From positions 1,862 through 65,861 of the forward strand of contig JAJXYV010000001.1 of assembly GCA_021780435.1 (NCBI GenBank): DNA of 64,000 bases. The letters run 5' to 3'. This stretch comes from Pseudomonadota bacterium (GTDB taxonomy: Bacteria; Pseudomonadota; Alphaproteobacteria; Rhizobiales; Beijerinckiaceae). The notes below the pieces were generated by a model, which was not told where the DNA came from, searched no databases, and worked only from the letters and a program-made list of their open reading frames with translations. Shown here one piece after another: positions 49,107-58,342 of this stretch. The number at the start of each line of letters is the position of its first letter. Within the stretch, counting starts at the first letter, position 1. The position numbers were made by a program, and so were the translations under genes.

Positions 49107-49453
49107 GGGAGGATAGTCGGGCTGGGATGAATGACGGTCCTTTAACCTCTCTGTCGGCGAAAGGCCAAGGTTCTTGTTGAAATTCCGTACAAATTCGCCC
49201 TTGCGTCGGCGCCAGCGCGCCGCGGCGGCGCGAATTGGTCGTCGCGGGCCGATTCCCTTCTGACCCCGCCTCTAGTCGAGACGCTTGAGGCTCGCACTGC
49301 CGGGTTTGTCCTCACATGGAGTCGCCGCATCCACCAACTCGCGGTCCTTCGCACGAGAGTTGATCCACAAGGGCGAACGCTGCGAGGCGCGGACTTGACC
49401 GGAAGCGCCTGATCGCCTCTCCTGCCGAGGCTGTTCATTTGCGGAGGGAAGTC

Positions 49454-50500
49454 TTGATCCGCACCTTTCAGAAGCCTCGCGCGCTCCGTCGCCGCACCAG
49501 CCCGCTTGCGCTGCTCGCCGCGATCGCGCCTGCTTTCCTGGCGCTCGTTTCGCCCGCATTTGCAATCGATAAGGTGGTGTTCGCCTCAAATTGGCTGGCC
49601 GAGGCCGAACATGGCGGATTCTACCAGGCGATTGTCGACGGCACTTACGCGAAATACGGGCTCGACGTCACCATCCTTCCCGGCGGACCGGCGAAGAACA
49701 ACCGTCTGGCGCTCATCGCCGGCAAGGCCGATTTTTACATGGGCGATAATCTGATCGGAGAGTTTTCGGCGCTCAGCGAGAAAATCCCGATCGTCACCGT
49801 CGCGGCGATCTTCCAGAAGGACCCTCTTGTCTTCATGTCGCATCCCGGGGTGGGCCTGGACCGGTTCGAAGATCTTCCGAAGGCCAAGGCCTTTGTGGGG
49901 CTGGCGACGCTCACGACCGTCTGGCCCTGGATGGAGAAGAAATGGGGCTTCAAGCGAGCCAATGTCGCGACTTATAATTTCAATTCCGCGCCCTTCATCG
50001 CGGATAAGCACTCGATCCAGCAGGGCTATGCGACATCGGAGCCTTTCGCCATCGAGCGCGAAGGCGGCTTCAAACCCAATGTCTTCCTGCTCGCCGATCA
50101 TGGCTACGAGACTTACGCCACAACGATCGAGACACGCCGGGATCTCCTCGCGAAAAATCCGGATCTCGTCGCGCGCTTTGTCGAAGCTTCAATTCTGGGT
50201 TGGGTCCATTATCTGCATGGCGACAACCGCGCCGCCAATGAGAGGATCAAGCGTGAAAATCCGGATATCGACGACGCCCAGATCGCTTTTTCCATCGCAC
50301 AGATGAAGGCCTTCGGCATTGTCGAATCAGGCGATGCGCTCAAGCTCGGGATTGGGGCGATGGACCAAGCGCGGATCGCGCGGTTCTATGCTGACATGGC
50401 GGCGGCGGGCGCAGCGCCCGCCGGGATCGATCTCGGACCGGGCTTCGACTTTTCCTTCGTGAACAAGGGCCTCGGCGTGGAAGCGCCGGATCGTCATTGA
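49454..50500 (+). CDS. ABC transporter substrate-binding protein, NitT/TauT (NMT1/THI5-like)
   Basis: Signal peptide; NWLAEAEHGGFYQA; TTG start with GGAGG RBS. Confidence 0.85.
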   Translation: MIRTFQKPRALRRRTSPLALLAAIAPAFLALVSPAFAIDKVVFASNWLAEAEHGGFYQAIVDGTYAKYGLDVTILPGGPAKNNRLALIAGKADFYMGDNLIGEFSALSEKIPIVTVAAIFQKDPLVFMSHPGVGLDRFEDLPKAKAFVGLATLTTVWPWMEKKWGFKRANVATYNFNSAPFIADKHSIQQGYATSEPFAIEREGGFKPNVFLLADHGYETYATTIETRRDLLAKNPDLVARFVEASILGWVHYLHGDNRAANERIKRENPDIDDAQIAFSIAQMKAFGIVESGDALKLGIGAMDQARIARFYADMAAAGAAPAGIDLGPGFDFSFVNKGLGVEAPDRH

Positions 50501-51255
50501 CCGCGCCGCTCGCCAGCCTGCGCGATCTGCGCCTCGCGTTCGCGGATCGGGGCGCGCCGGCGCTCGATGACCTGCGGCTCGATATTATTTCCGGCGAGAC
50601 TCTTTGCGTGCTCGGTCCTTCGGGCTGCGGAAAATCGACGCTCCTGCGCCTCGTCGCCGGTCTTGAAAAGCCGAATTCCGGTCAGATCCTCTGGCGCGAC
50701 GGCGCTCCGCCAAGGATCGGCTTCGTCTTTCAGGAACCGACCTTGATGCCGTGGGCCGATCTCTTCGCCAATGTCTATCTGCCGCTGCGACTCGCTGGGA
50801 TAAGGCGGCGCGACGCGGCGCCCCGGGTGGAGGAGGCGCTCGCTCGCGTCGGCCTGGGCGACCGGCTTCGCGCCCTGCCGCGCGAATTATCCGGGGGCAT
50901 GAAAATGCGGGCGTCGATTGCGCGGGCTCTGGTGGACGAGCCCGAACTCCTGTTGCTCGACGAGCCCTTCGCGGCGCTCGATGAAATCACCCGTTGGCAG
51001 TTGAATGACACGCTTCTCGATGTGCGCCGCAAGAGCGCCGCGACCGTCGTCTTTGTCACCCATTCGGTTTACGAGAGCGCCTATCTCGCCGACCGCGTCG
51101 CGATCATGCGCGCGCGCCCCGGGCGGATCGATTCGATTTTGGGCCTCGAACGAGGCGCCGCGCGCGGGTTGGCTCTGCGGCGAAGCGCCGCCTTTGCCGA
51201 GGATTGCGCTCGAATCGGCGAAGGGCTGCAGCAGGCGATGGGAAGGGCGGCATGA
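50497..51255 (+). CDS. ABC transporter ATP-binding protein
   Basis: GPSGCGKST, LSGGMKMR, LLLDEPF, VTHS. Confidence 0.92.
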   Translation: MTAPLASLRDLRLAFADRGAPALDDLRLDIISGETLCVLGPSGCGKSTLLRLVAGLEKPNSGQILWRDGAPPRIGFVFQEPTLMPWADLFANVYLPLRLAGIRRRDAAPRVEEALARVGLGDRLRALPRELSGGMKMRASIARALVDEPELLLLDEPFAALDEITRWQLNDTLLDVRRKSAATVVFVTHSVYESAYLADRVAIMRARPGRIDSILGLERGAARGLALRRSAAFAEDCARIGEGLQQAMGRAA

Positions 51256-52022
51256 GCGGGCTGCCCGCGCGTCTTGCACCCGTTTTAGGCTTGCTGGCGC
51301 TGATCGGCCTGTGGGAGGCGCTGGTGCGGGTTTTTGGAGTCCCCCCTTCGCAGCTGCCGGCGCCCAGCCTCATTGCCACAACCCTGTTCGACAATGGTCC
51401 GCGATTGCTGGCGGCTACGGCGACGACTTTGACAGAGGCGTTGCAGGCGCTGGTTCTTGCTGCTGCTGGCGGCGTGGCGCTGGCGCTGCTCTTCGTCTGG
51501 TCGCCCTGGTTGGAAAAGACTTTCCTGCCCCTCGCCATCGCGCTTCAGGTCACGCCGCTCATCGCCGTCGCCCCCCTCCTGCTCATTTATCTGGAGCCGT
51601 CAGCGGCGGTCCTGGCCTGCGCCTTTCTCGTCGCCTTTTTCCCGGTCCTGTCCAACGCGTCGGCAGGGCTTAAGGCGACGGACCGCGGATTGATCGAGCT
51701 TTTCCGGTTAAAAGGGGCCTCGCGCGCGCAGACGCTTTTCCTGCTGCGGCTGCCCGCGGCCTTGCCGCAAATTTTCACGGGTTTCCGCATTGGCGGCGGG
51801 TTGGCGTTGATCGGGGCCGTGGCTGCCGAACTCGCGGCCGGCGCAGCTGGCCGCGGCGAAGGTCTTGCCTTCCGGATCGTCGAGGCTGGCTATCGCCTCA
51901 AAATTCCCGTGATGTATGCCGCCGTGGGCCTGCTCTGCCTGTGCGGCGTGGCGCTGTATGGAGGGCTTGCGGCGCTGGGCCAAATCCTGCTTCGGCGCTG
52001 GCGGGACGAGCCCCGGATTTGA
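51252..52022 (+). CDS. ABC transporter permease
   Basis: Six TM helices, EAA-like loop LFRLKGASRAQTL..LRLPAALP; start moved to ATG 51252. Confidence 0.9.
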   Translation: MSGLPARLAPVLGLLALIGLWEALVRVFGVPPSQLPAPSLIATTLFDNGPRLLAATATTLTEALQALVLAAAGGVALALLFVWSPWLEKTFLPLAIALQVTPLIAVAPLLLIYLEPSAAVLACAFLVAFFPVLSNASAGLKATDRGLIELFRLKGASRAQTLFLLRLPAALPQIFTGFRIGGGLALIGAVAAELAAGAAGRGEGLAFRIVEAGYRLKIPVMYAAVGLLCLCGVALYGGLAALGQILLRRWRDEPRI

Positions 52023-52578
52023 ACCGTGTCGGGAGAGACGGCGGCGGACTGCGACGTTTTGCCCTACTGCTTTTTCCTGTTGTTTTTTGGTCACTGTCAA
52101 ATAAAATTCCCGTGATCCGCAATTTCGCCTTTTTTTTCGCCTTTTTTTGACGTGCGCAAACGGCGGCGCATCCCCGAGTCTTGGATCCGGCGGAGGGCGT
52201 TGGAGCGCATTCGCGAAGCGGGAGAGTCGCGAAGGCGTTAAGTCATTGTGTTCGAGAGTGTTTAGCCTGGTCAGCAGAAGCTCTGGCCGGGAAATGCGAA
52301 TTGCTGCGCGACGCTCGGCCCCGATGGCGTCGCACTGAGCGCAGCGCTTGAGGCGGGGGCGGATGGGTAGGGTCTATGCAGCTTTTTCGGGAAGCCGTTA
52401 AGAGGAAATTAGGGATAATTCGTTTCAATTCAAGGACGTTCGGCGTCCAGACCTATTCGGCGAGTGTCATCGGCGCCCCGGCGCCGTCGATTTGCCGCCC
52501 CTCGTTCGTCGAGGCTGCACAGTTCGAAGCCGGACGGCGCCGCGGCGCGTCCAGTGTATCGTTTACGGGGTTCGGCGT

Positions 52579-53853
52579 ATGACTGACTGGAGCTACGAGA
52601 CCTGCGATCCGGTCGTGGAGGATCGCGCGAGCCTTTCGCGCAAGATTTTCGTCCGGACGGTTCCAGCTCTTGCTGCATTTTCCTTCAGCGCCGCTGTCGC
52701 GCTCCGCCTCGCGGGCGGACTCGCCGGGCAGGCCGCCGCGCCCGAACCCAAACCCGAAAAATTCGCTGTTGGCGCGCCGGCGCCGGTTGCGGCCGTTCCC
52801 AATGTCGAACTGGCCTCGGGCCCGATCAAACCCGACCTCGAAAAACCGCGCAATCCCTTCGGCGGCCTGTTCGATCCGGACGGCGAGGCGCGGGGCATGC
52901 CGGCGATGCAGGAAGCTCGGACCGATCCCGTTGGTCCGTCTTTTTCGCCGCTCCAGGCCCAGCCGCTTTTCGTCCTTGTCGAGACGCCCGACAGCGCGGC
53001 GCAGGTCGCCGAGGCGGACATGGACCAGCAGGTCGCCGAGGCCAGCCCAGCGCAGGACGTAGATCGTGCTGCGGAGCTGAAGCCCGGTTTGCCGCCGGTC
53101 CAGATGGCCCAGGCGCCGGAAGACGAGCAGCCTTCGCTGGCGCAGGCCGCCGGCTCGGCGCCATTGCCTCCCATCCGTCCGGCGGAGCTGATCTCGGTCG
53201 CTCGGGTCGCCGCCGTCGAGGCGCCGCGTCGCGAAATCGCCGCCCCGGCGACTCCGGCCGCTCCCGGCCCGACCCGCGCCGCCGCCCGCGAAGGCGCCCA
53301 GGCGGCCCAGACTGCTACCTTCGCGCACAATGACCCGCGTTCCTTCTTCGACAAGCTCTTCAGTAACAGTTCCGAACAGAAGGGCCCGCAACTGGCCTAT
53401 GCCGCGCCGGAGAGCGGTAGCGGGCTGTTCAATCTGTCGCGCGGCTTTCCTTCGTCTCCGCAGCCGCCGGCCTCGGCGCGCGGCGGAACGGCAGTCTATG
53501 ACATTTCCGCTCATACCGTCTATCTTCCCAACGGCACGGCGCTCGAAGCCCATTCGGGCCTTGGTCCCTATTTTGACGATCCGGGCCATGTTCATGTGCG
53601 CATGCGCGGCGCGACGCCGCCCGCGACCTACAAGCTCACGTTGCGCGAAAGCCTGTTCCACGGCGTCCAGGCGCTGCGCCTGACCCCGGTCGACGGCAAC
53701 GTCTATGGCCGCGCTGGCCTGCTTGCCCATACCTTCATGCTCGGCGCGCGCGGCGATTCCAACGGTTGCGTTTCCTTCCGCAACTATCGCGCCTTCCTCG
53801 ATGCTTACGTCCGCGGCGAGGTCCGTGAGTTGAAGGTGGTGGCGAGCCGCTGA
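52579..53853 (+). CDS. Membrane-anchored protein with a C-terminal DUF2778/Tlde1 (L,D-transpeptidase fold) domain
   Basis: AVYDISAHTVYLPNG..LEAHSG, GATPP, catalytic-type H-x8-SNGC (LAHTFMLGARGDSNGCVS); start moved to ATG 52579. Confidence 0.8.
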   Translation: MTDWSYETCDPVVEDRASLSRKIFVRTVPALAAFSFSAAVALRLAGGLAGQAAAPEPKPEKFAVGAPAPVAAVPNVELASGPIKPDLEKPRNPFGGLFDPDGEARGMPAMQEARTDPVGPSFSPLQAQPLFVLVETPDSAAQVAEADMDQQVAEASPAQDVDRAAELKPGLPPVQMAQAPEDEQPSLAQAAGSAPLPPIRPAELISVARVAAVEAPRREIAAPATPAAPGPTRAAAREGAQAAQTATFAHNDPRSFFDKLFSNSSEQKGPQLAYAAPESGSGLFNLSRGFPSSPQPPASARGGTAVYDISAHTVYLPNGTALEAHSGLGPYFDDPGHVHVRMRGATPPATYKLTLRESLFHGVQALRLTPVDGNVYGRAGLLAHTFMLGARGDSNGCVSFRNYRAFLDAYVRGEVRELKVVASR

Positions 53854-53914
53854 GGCGCGTCACCTGAAAAGATCCGCTGACAGCCGGCCCGTCCGGCCCT
53901 ATAAGACGACCTTC

Positions 53915-53950
53915 GCCCGCGCCGAAAACCGGCGCGGGCCTTTCGGCTTT
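53915..53950 (+). terminator. Terminator-like hairpin after the DUF2778 gene
   Basis: gcccgcgccg-aaaac-cggcgcgggc then ctttcggcttt. Confidence 0.45.
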
Positions 53951-53961
53951 GCGGGGGATTC

Positions 53962-54258
53962 ATGTCCGGGACGACAAGATCGAGCGAAGGTCTGGACGAG
54001 CGCCGCCGCCGCGTCCTTTTCCGTTGCTGGCACAGGGGCATGCGGGAGGTCGATCTCCTGCTCGGCCAGTTCGCCGACGCCCGCATCGGCGAATTGAGCG
54101 ACGCCGAGCTTGACCAGCTCGAACATTTCATGGAAGCGCAGGACGCCGATATTTTCTCCTGGTTCGCCGGGTCGAAGCCGGTCGATCCGGCCTTCGACCG
54201 CCCGATCTTCCATGTCATCAAGGCGTTTCATACGCACAGTGGTCCGATCAACGTTTAG
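53962..54258 (+). CDS. sdhE: Succinate dehydrogenase flavinylation/assembly factor (SdhE/SDHAF2)
   Basis: RRRRVLFRCWHRGMREVDLLLG (RGxxE motif). Confidence 0.88.
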   Translation: MSGTTRSSEGLDERRRRVLFRCWHRGMREVDLLLGQFADARIGELSDAELDQLEHFMEAQDADIFSWFAGSKPVDPAFDRPIFHVIKAFHTHSGPINV

Positions 54259-54266
54259 TTCTCGCA

Positions 54267-57200
54267 ATGCCTCCTGAAACGTCGCTGCGGCCACCGCAGA
54301 AATCCGCGAACGAACTCCTTCGCGCCAGCGCCGAACTGGAAAAGGGCCGCTCGCTCATCCTGTCGCGCGCGCCGGAGGGCTTTGACGCCTTCGTTGCCGC
54401 CGATCTCGCGCGCGCCCTCGCGAAATCCAGCGAGGGACGCTCCTGCGCTCTGGCCCATGCGGCGCGCGACAGCCAGCGGCTGCGCGCTTTCCGCGAGGCG
54501 CTTATCTTCGCTGCGCCGGACATTGAAATCCTCGAATTCCCCGAATGGGACTGCCAGCCTTACGACCGCGTCTCGCCCAATGCGGCGGTCGCCGCGCAAA
54601 GGATGACGGCGCTGGCGCGCCTTGCCCGGACGCGCTCCTCGCTCGAAAAGCCGCGCATCGTGCTGACGACCGTCGCTGCGCTCTCGCAGCGCGTTCCGCC
54701 GCGGAGGGACATGGCGGCCAGGAGTTTTTCCGCGACGCCGGGCTCGGCGATCGACCTGCATGACCTCGCGGCCTGGCTCGACGCCAACGGCTTTTTGCGC
54801 GCGTCGACCGTGCGAGAAAGCGGCGAATATGCTCTGCGCGGCGGCATTGTCGATCTCTATCCGCCGAGCCTGCCCGGCCCGGTGCGGCTCGACTTTTTCG
54901 GCGACGTGCTGGAGACGATTCGCGCCTTCGACCCCGAGAGCCAGCGGACCACGGGGCAGTTGCGCTCGCTCGATCTCGTGCCGGTGAACGAGGCGCCGAT
55001 CCTCACCGAGACGATCAAGCGCTTCCGACAAGGCTATATCGCGCAGTTCGGCGCCCAGACGCGCGGCGACACGCTTTATGAGGCGGTGAGCGAAGGCCGC
55101 CGTCCGCCGGGACTCGAACATTGGCTGCCGCTGCTCTATCCCGGCCTCGACACTTTGTTCGGCTATATCGACGACGCGCCGCTGCTGCTCGACGCCCAGG
55201 CCGAGGCGGCCGCCCACGAACGCTTCGACCAGATCAAGGATTATTACGAATCCCGCCGCAGCGTCTTCGCGCGCGACCCTGCCAATTGCAATTACAAGCC
55301 CCTGCCGCCAAACGAGCTCTATCTCTCGCCGGATGAATTTGCCGAGGCGCTGAAGAAGACGGCGACGGCGCGCTTCACGCCTTTCGCCGAGCCTGAAGGT
55401 GGCGCGAAGGTCATCGATTGCGGCGGCGTCGCCGGCCGCAATTTCGCCGCCGAACGCAACGATGAGAACGCCAACGTTTTCCAGGCGGCGGTCGATCACA
55501 TCCGCGCCTTGCAGGGTGAGGCGAAAAAGGTTGTGGTCGCCGGCTGGACGGATGGTTCGCGCGAGCGTCTCGCGTCGGTTCTCGCCGAACATGGACTGAA
55601 AAAGCAGGAGATCGTTTCCTCGCTCGGCCACGCTCTGAGCCTGCGCGACGCCCGCGTCGCCTTTGCGGTGATCGGACTCGAGGCAGGCTTCGTCGCCGGC
55701 GATCTGGCGGTGATCGGCGAGCAGGACATTCTCGGGGACCGCCTCGCGCCGCAACGGAAGCGCCGCAGGCGGCCCGAGAATTTCCTTGCAGAGGTCGCCG
55801 CGCTTTCCGCGGGCGACCTTGTCGTCCATGTCGATCACGGCATCGGGCGCTTCGTCGGCCTCAAGCATATCGAGGCGGCGGGCGCGCCGCATGATTGCCT
55901 GGAGTTGCATTACCACGGCGGCGACAAGCTCTTCCTGCCGGTCGAGAATATCGAGCTTCTCTCGCGCTATGGTTCGGAAGAAGCCGAGGTTCCGCTCGAC
56001 CGGCTCGGCCACACCGCTTGGCGCGAACGCAAGGCGCGCCTGAAACTGCGCATCCGCCAGATGGCGCAGGGGCTGATCAAGATCGCCGCCGCTCGCACCC
56101 TGCGCGAGGCGCCGAGGTTGACCCCGCCCGAAGGCCTCTACGAGGAATTCTGCGCCAAATTCCCCTATGACGAGACCGACGACCAGATTGCGGCGATCGA
56201 GGCGACTCTTTCCGACATGACTTCGGGCCGACCGATGGACCGGCTGATCTGCGGCGACGTCGGCTTCGGCAAGACCGAGGTCGCCCTGCGCGCCGCCTTC
56301 GCGGCGGCGATCAACGGCGTTCAGGTCGCGGTGGTCGTGCCGACGACCTTGCTTGCGCGCCAGCACTTCAAGAATTTCTCCGCGCGCTTCGCCGGACTGC
56401 CGGTGCGGATCGCGCAAATGTCGCGCATGGCCAGCGCCGCCGACATGCGCACGGCCCGCTCCGGCCTCGCGGACGGATCCATCGACATCGTCATCGGCAC
56501 TCATGCGGTGCTGGGCAAGACGGTCAATTTCAAAAATCTCGGCCTCGTCGTCATCGACGAGGAGCAGCATTTCGGCGTCGGCCACAAGGAGCGGCTGAAG
56601 GAGCTGCGCGCCGAAGTCCATGTGCTGACGCTCTCCGCCACGCCGATCCCGCGCACCCTGCAACTGGCCCTCACCGGCGTGCGCGAATTGTCGATCATCG
56701 CCACACCGCCGGTCGATCGCCTCGCGGTGCGGACCTTCGTCACGCCCTTCGACGATCTCATCCTGCGCGAGGCGCTGCTGCGCGAGCGGTTTCGCGGCGG
56801 CCAGAGCTTCTTTGTCTGCCCGCGGCTGGAAGACCTCGACGACGCGACGGCCTGGCTACGCCAGAACGTGCCCGAGGCCAAATTCACCATCGCCCACGGG
56901 CAGATGGCGGCGACCGAACTGGAGGAGCGCGTCGGCGCCTTCTACGACGGCAAATATGACGTGCTGGTTTCGACCAATATCGTCGAATCGGGCCTGGACA
57001 TCCCGACCGCCAACACCCTGATCGTCTATCGCGCCGACATGTTCGGCCTTGCGCAGCTCTATCAATTGCGCGGCCGGGTGGGGCGCTCCAAGACCCGCGC
57101 CTATGCCTTCTTCACCACGCCGGTCAACCGCACGATCACGCCGCAGGCGCAGAAGCGGCTGGAAGTGCTGCAATCGCTCGATACGCTTGGCGCCGGCTTC

Positions 57201-57818
57201 CAGCTCGCCAGCCACGATCTCGACCTGCGCGGCGCCGGCAATCTTCTGGGCGACGAGCAGTCCGGCCATATCCGCGAAGTTGGTTACGAGCTGTACCAGC
57301 AGATGCTGAACGAGACGATCGCCGCGCTCAAGGCGGGCGGCGGCGAGGCGGTGGAGGAGACCTGGTCGCCGCTCATCACGCTCGGCACGCCGGTCACGAT
57401 CCCGGAACATTATGTCGAGGACCTCGACCTGCGCCTGCAGCTCTATCGCCGCCTCGCGACGCTCGACGACGAGGCCGAGATCGAAAGCTTCGCCGCCGAA
57501 ATGATCGACCGTTTCGGCCCGATGCCCGACGAGGTGAACCAGCTGATGGTTCTGGTCGGCGTCAAGGCCCTGTGTCGCCACGCCCATGTCGAGAAGGTCG
57601 AGGCCGGGCCGAAGGGGATCATCGTCGGCTTCCGCAACAACAGCTTCGCCAATCCCGCTGGACTGGTGCGCTATATCGCCAAACAGGGCTCAGACGCCAA
57701 GGTCCGCCCGGACATGAAGATCGTCTTCATCGGCGATTTCGAGCGCGCCAAGGACCGCCTCGACGGCGCCAGGAAGATTCTCCGCGATCTGGTGCAGATC
57801 GCGGAAAAGAAGGGGTGA
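54267..57818 (+). CDS. mfd: Transcription-repair coupling factor
   Basis: WDCQPYD..SP, RGGIVD, GDLVVHVDHGIG, CGDVGFGKTEVA, IDEEQHFGV, LYQLRGRVGRS, TRCF C-terminus. Confidence 0.97.
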   Translation: MPPETSLRPPQKSANELLRASAELEKGRSLILSRAPEGFDAFVAADLARALAKSSEGRSCALAHAARDSQRLRAFREALIFAAPDIEILEFPEWDCQPYDRVSPNAAVAAQRMTALARLARTRSSLEKPRIVLTTVAALSQRVPPRRDMAARSFSATPGSAIDLHDLAAWLDANGFLRASTVRESGEYALRGGIVDLYPPSLPGPVRLDFFGDVLETIRAFDPESQRTTGQLRSLDLVPVNEAPILTETIKRFRQGYIAQFGAQTRGDTLYEAVSEGRRPPGLEHWLPLLYPGLDTLFGYIDDAPLLLDAQAEAAAHERFDQIKDYYESRRSVFARDPANCNYKPLPPNELYLSPDEFAEALKKTATARFTPFAEPEGGAKVIDCGGVAGRNFAAERNDENANVFQAAVDHIRALQGEAKKVVVAGWTDGSRERLASVLAEHGLKKQEIVSSLGHALSLRDARVAFAVIGLEAGFVAGDLAVIGEQDILGDRLAPQRKRRRRPENFLAEVAALSAGDLVVHVDHGIGRFVGLKHIEAAGAPHDCLELHYHGGDKLFLPVENIELLSRYGSEEAEVPLDRLGHTAWRERKARLKLRIRQMAQGLIKIAAARTLREAPRLTPPEGLYEEFCAKFPYDETDDQIAAIEATLSDMTSGRPMDRLICGDVGFGKTEVALRAAFAAAINGVQVAVVVPTTLLARQHFKNFSARFAGLPVRIAQMSRMASAADMRTARSGLADGSIDIVIGTHAVLGKTVNFKNLGLVVIDEEQHFGVGHKERLKELRAEVHVLTLSATPIPRTLQLALTGVRELSIIATPPVDRLAVRTFVTPFDDLILREALLRERFRGGQSFFVCPRLEDLDDATAWLRQNVPEAKFTIAHGQMAATELEERVGAFYDGKYDVLVSTNIVESGLDIPTANTLIVYRADMFGLAQLYQLRGRVGRSKTRAYAFFTTPVNRTITPQAQKRLEVLQSLDTLGAGFQLASHDLDLRGAGNLLGDEQSGHIREVGYELYQQMLNETIAALKAGGGEAVEETWSPLITLGTPVTIPEHYVEDLDLRLQLYRRLATLDDEAEIESFAAEMIDRFGPMPDEVNQLMVLVGVKALCRHAHVEKVEAGPKGIIVGFRNNSFANPAGLVRYIAKQGSDAKVRPDMKIVFIGDFERAKDRLDGARKILRDLVQIAEKKG

Positions 57819-58342
57819 GAATCTTTTTCCGCCGTTTTGCAGAAAGTGGAAATGGAAACGGGCGCCGCCGGCGCGAATCGACGCGGTGGGGTTGGATAGC
57901 CGATTGGTTTAATATGAAAAATGGCGCGCTCTCGCCGCCGCGCCTTGGACCACACAGGGTATTTCAACCCAAAGGTTGCAGAGGCCAAAGATGGCCGCTT
58001 ATTCCGACAATTCGGTCCGAATCCGGAGAAAATCGCGAGTCTTTTTCATGTTTTTCGGGGTTTTCTTCCACTTTTCATCACAGATTTTTTCTCGCGCCCC
58101 GTTGCAACCAAAGATTGCGGTTCGGCGGGTAGGGCGTCACGCCTTTGCCGTAAGAGAATCGGAGGCGTGGCCGTCGGCGCCGCGCGATGGAGGCTGGGGC
58201 GCAGTCAGGGCGCCGGTCGATCGCATGGCGGGCGAAAGCGGAAAACGAGATTTTTTTTGATGACCTTGAACAAAACCGCCAATCTGCGCGTTTTCTTATC
58301 ATCCGACGGGGTGCTGGGGCGGCGACGGACGGAAAAGGGATC

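Noticed and set aside
49140-49450. TPP riboswitch, SRP RNA or tRNA/tmRNA end (TCCACCA at 49330-49336)
   Set aside because: No CTGAGA/ACCTGA TPP core, no GGAAGGAAGCAG SRP core, and no T-arm before the CCA
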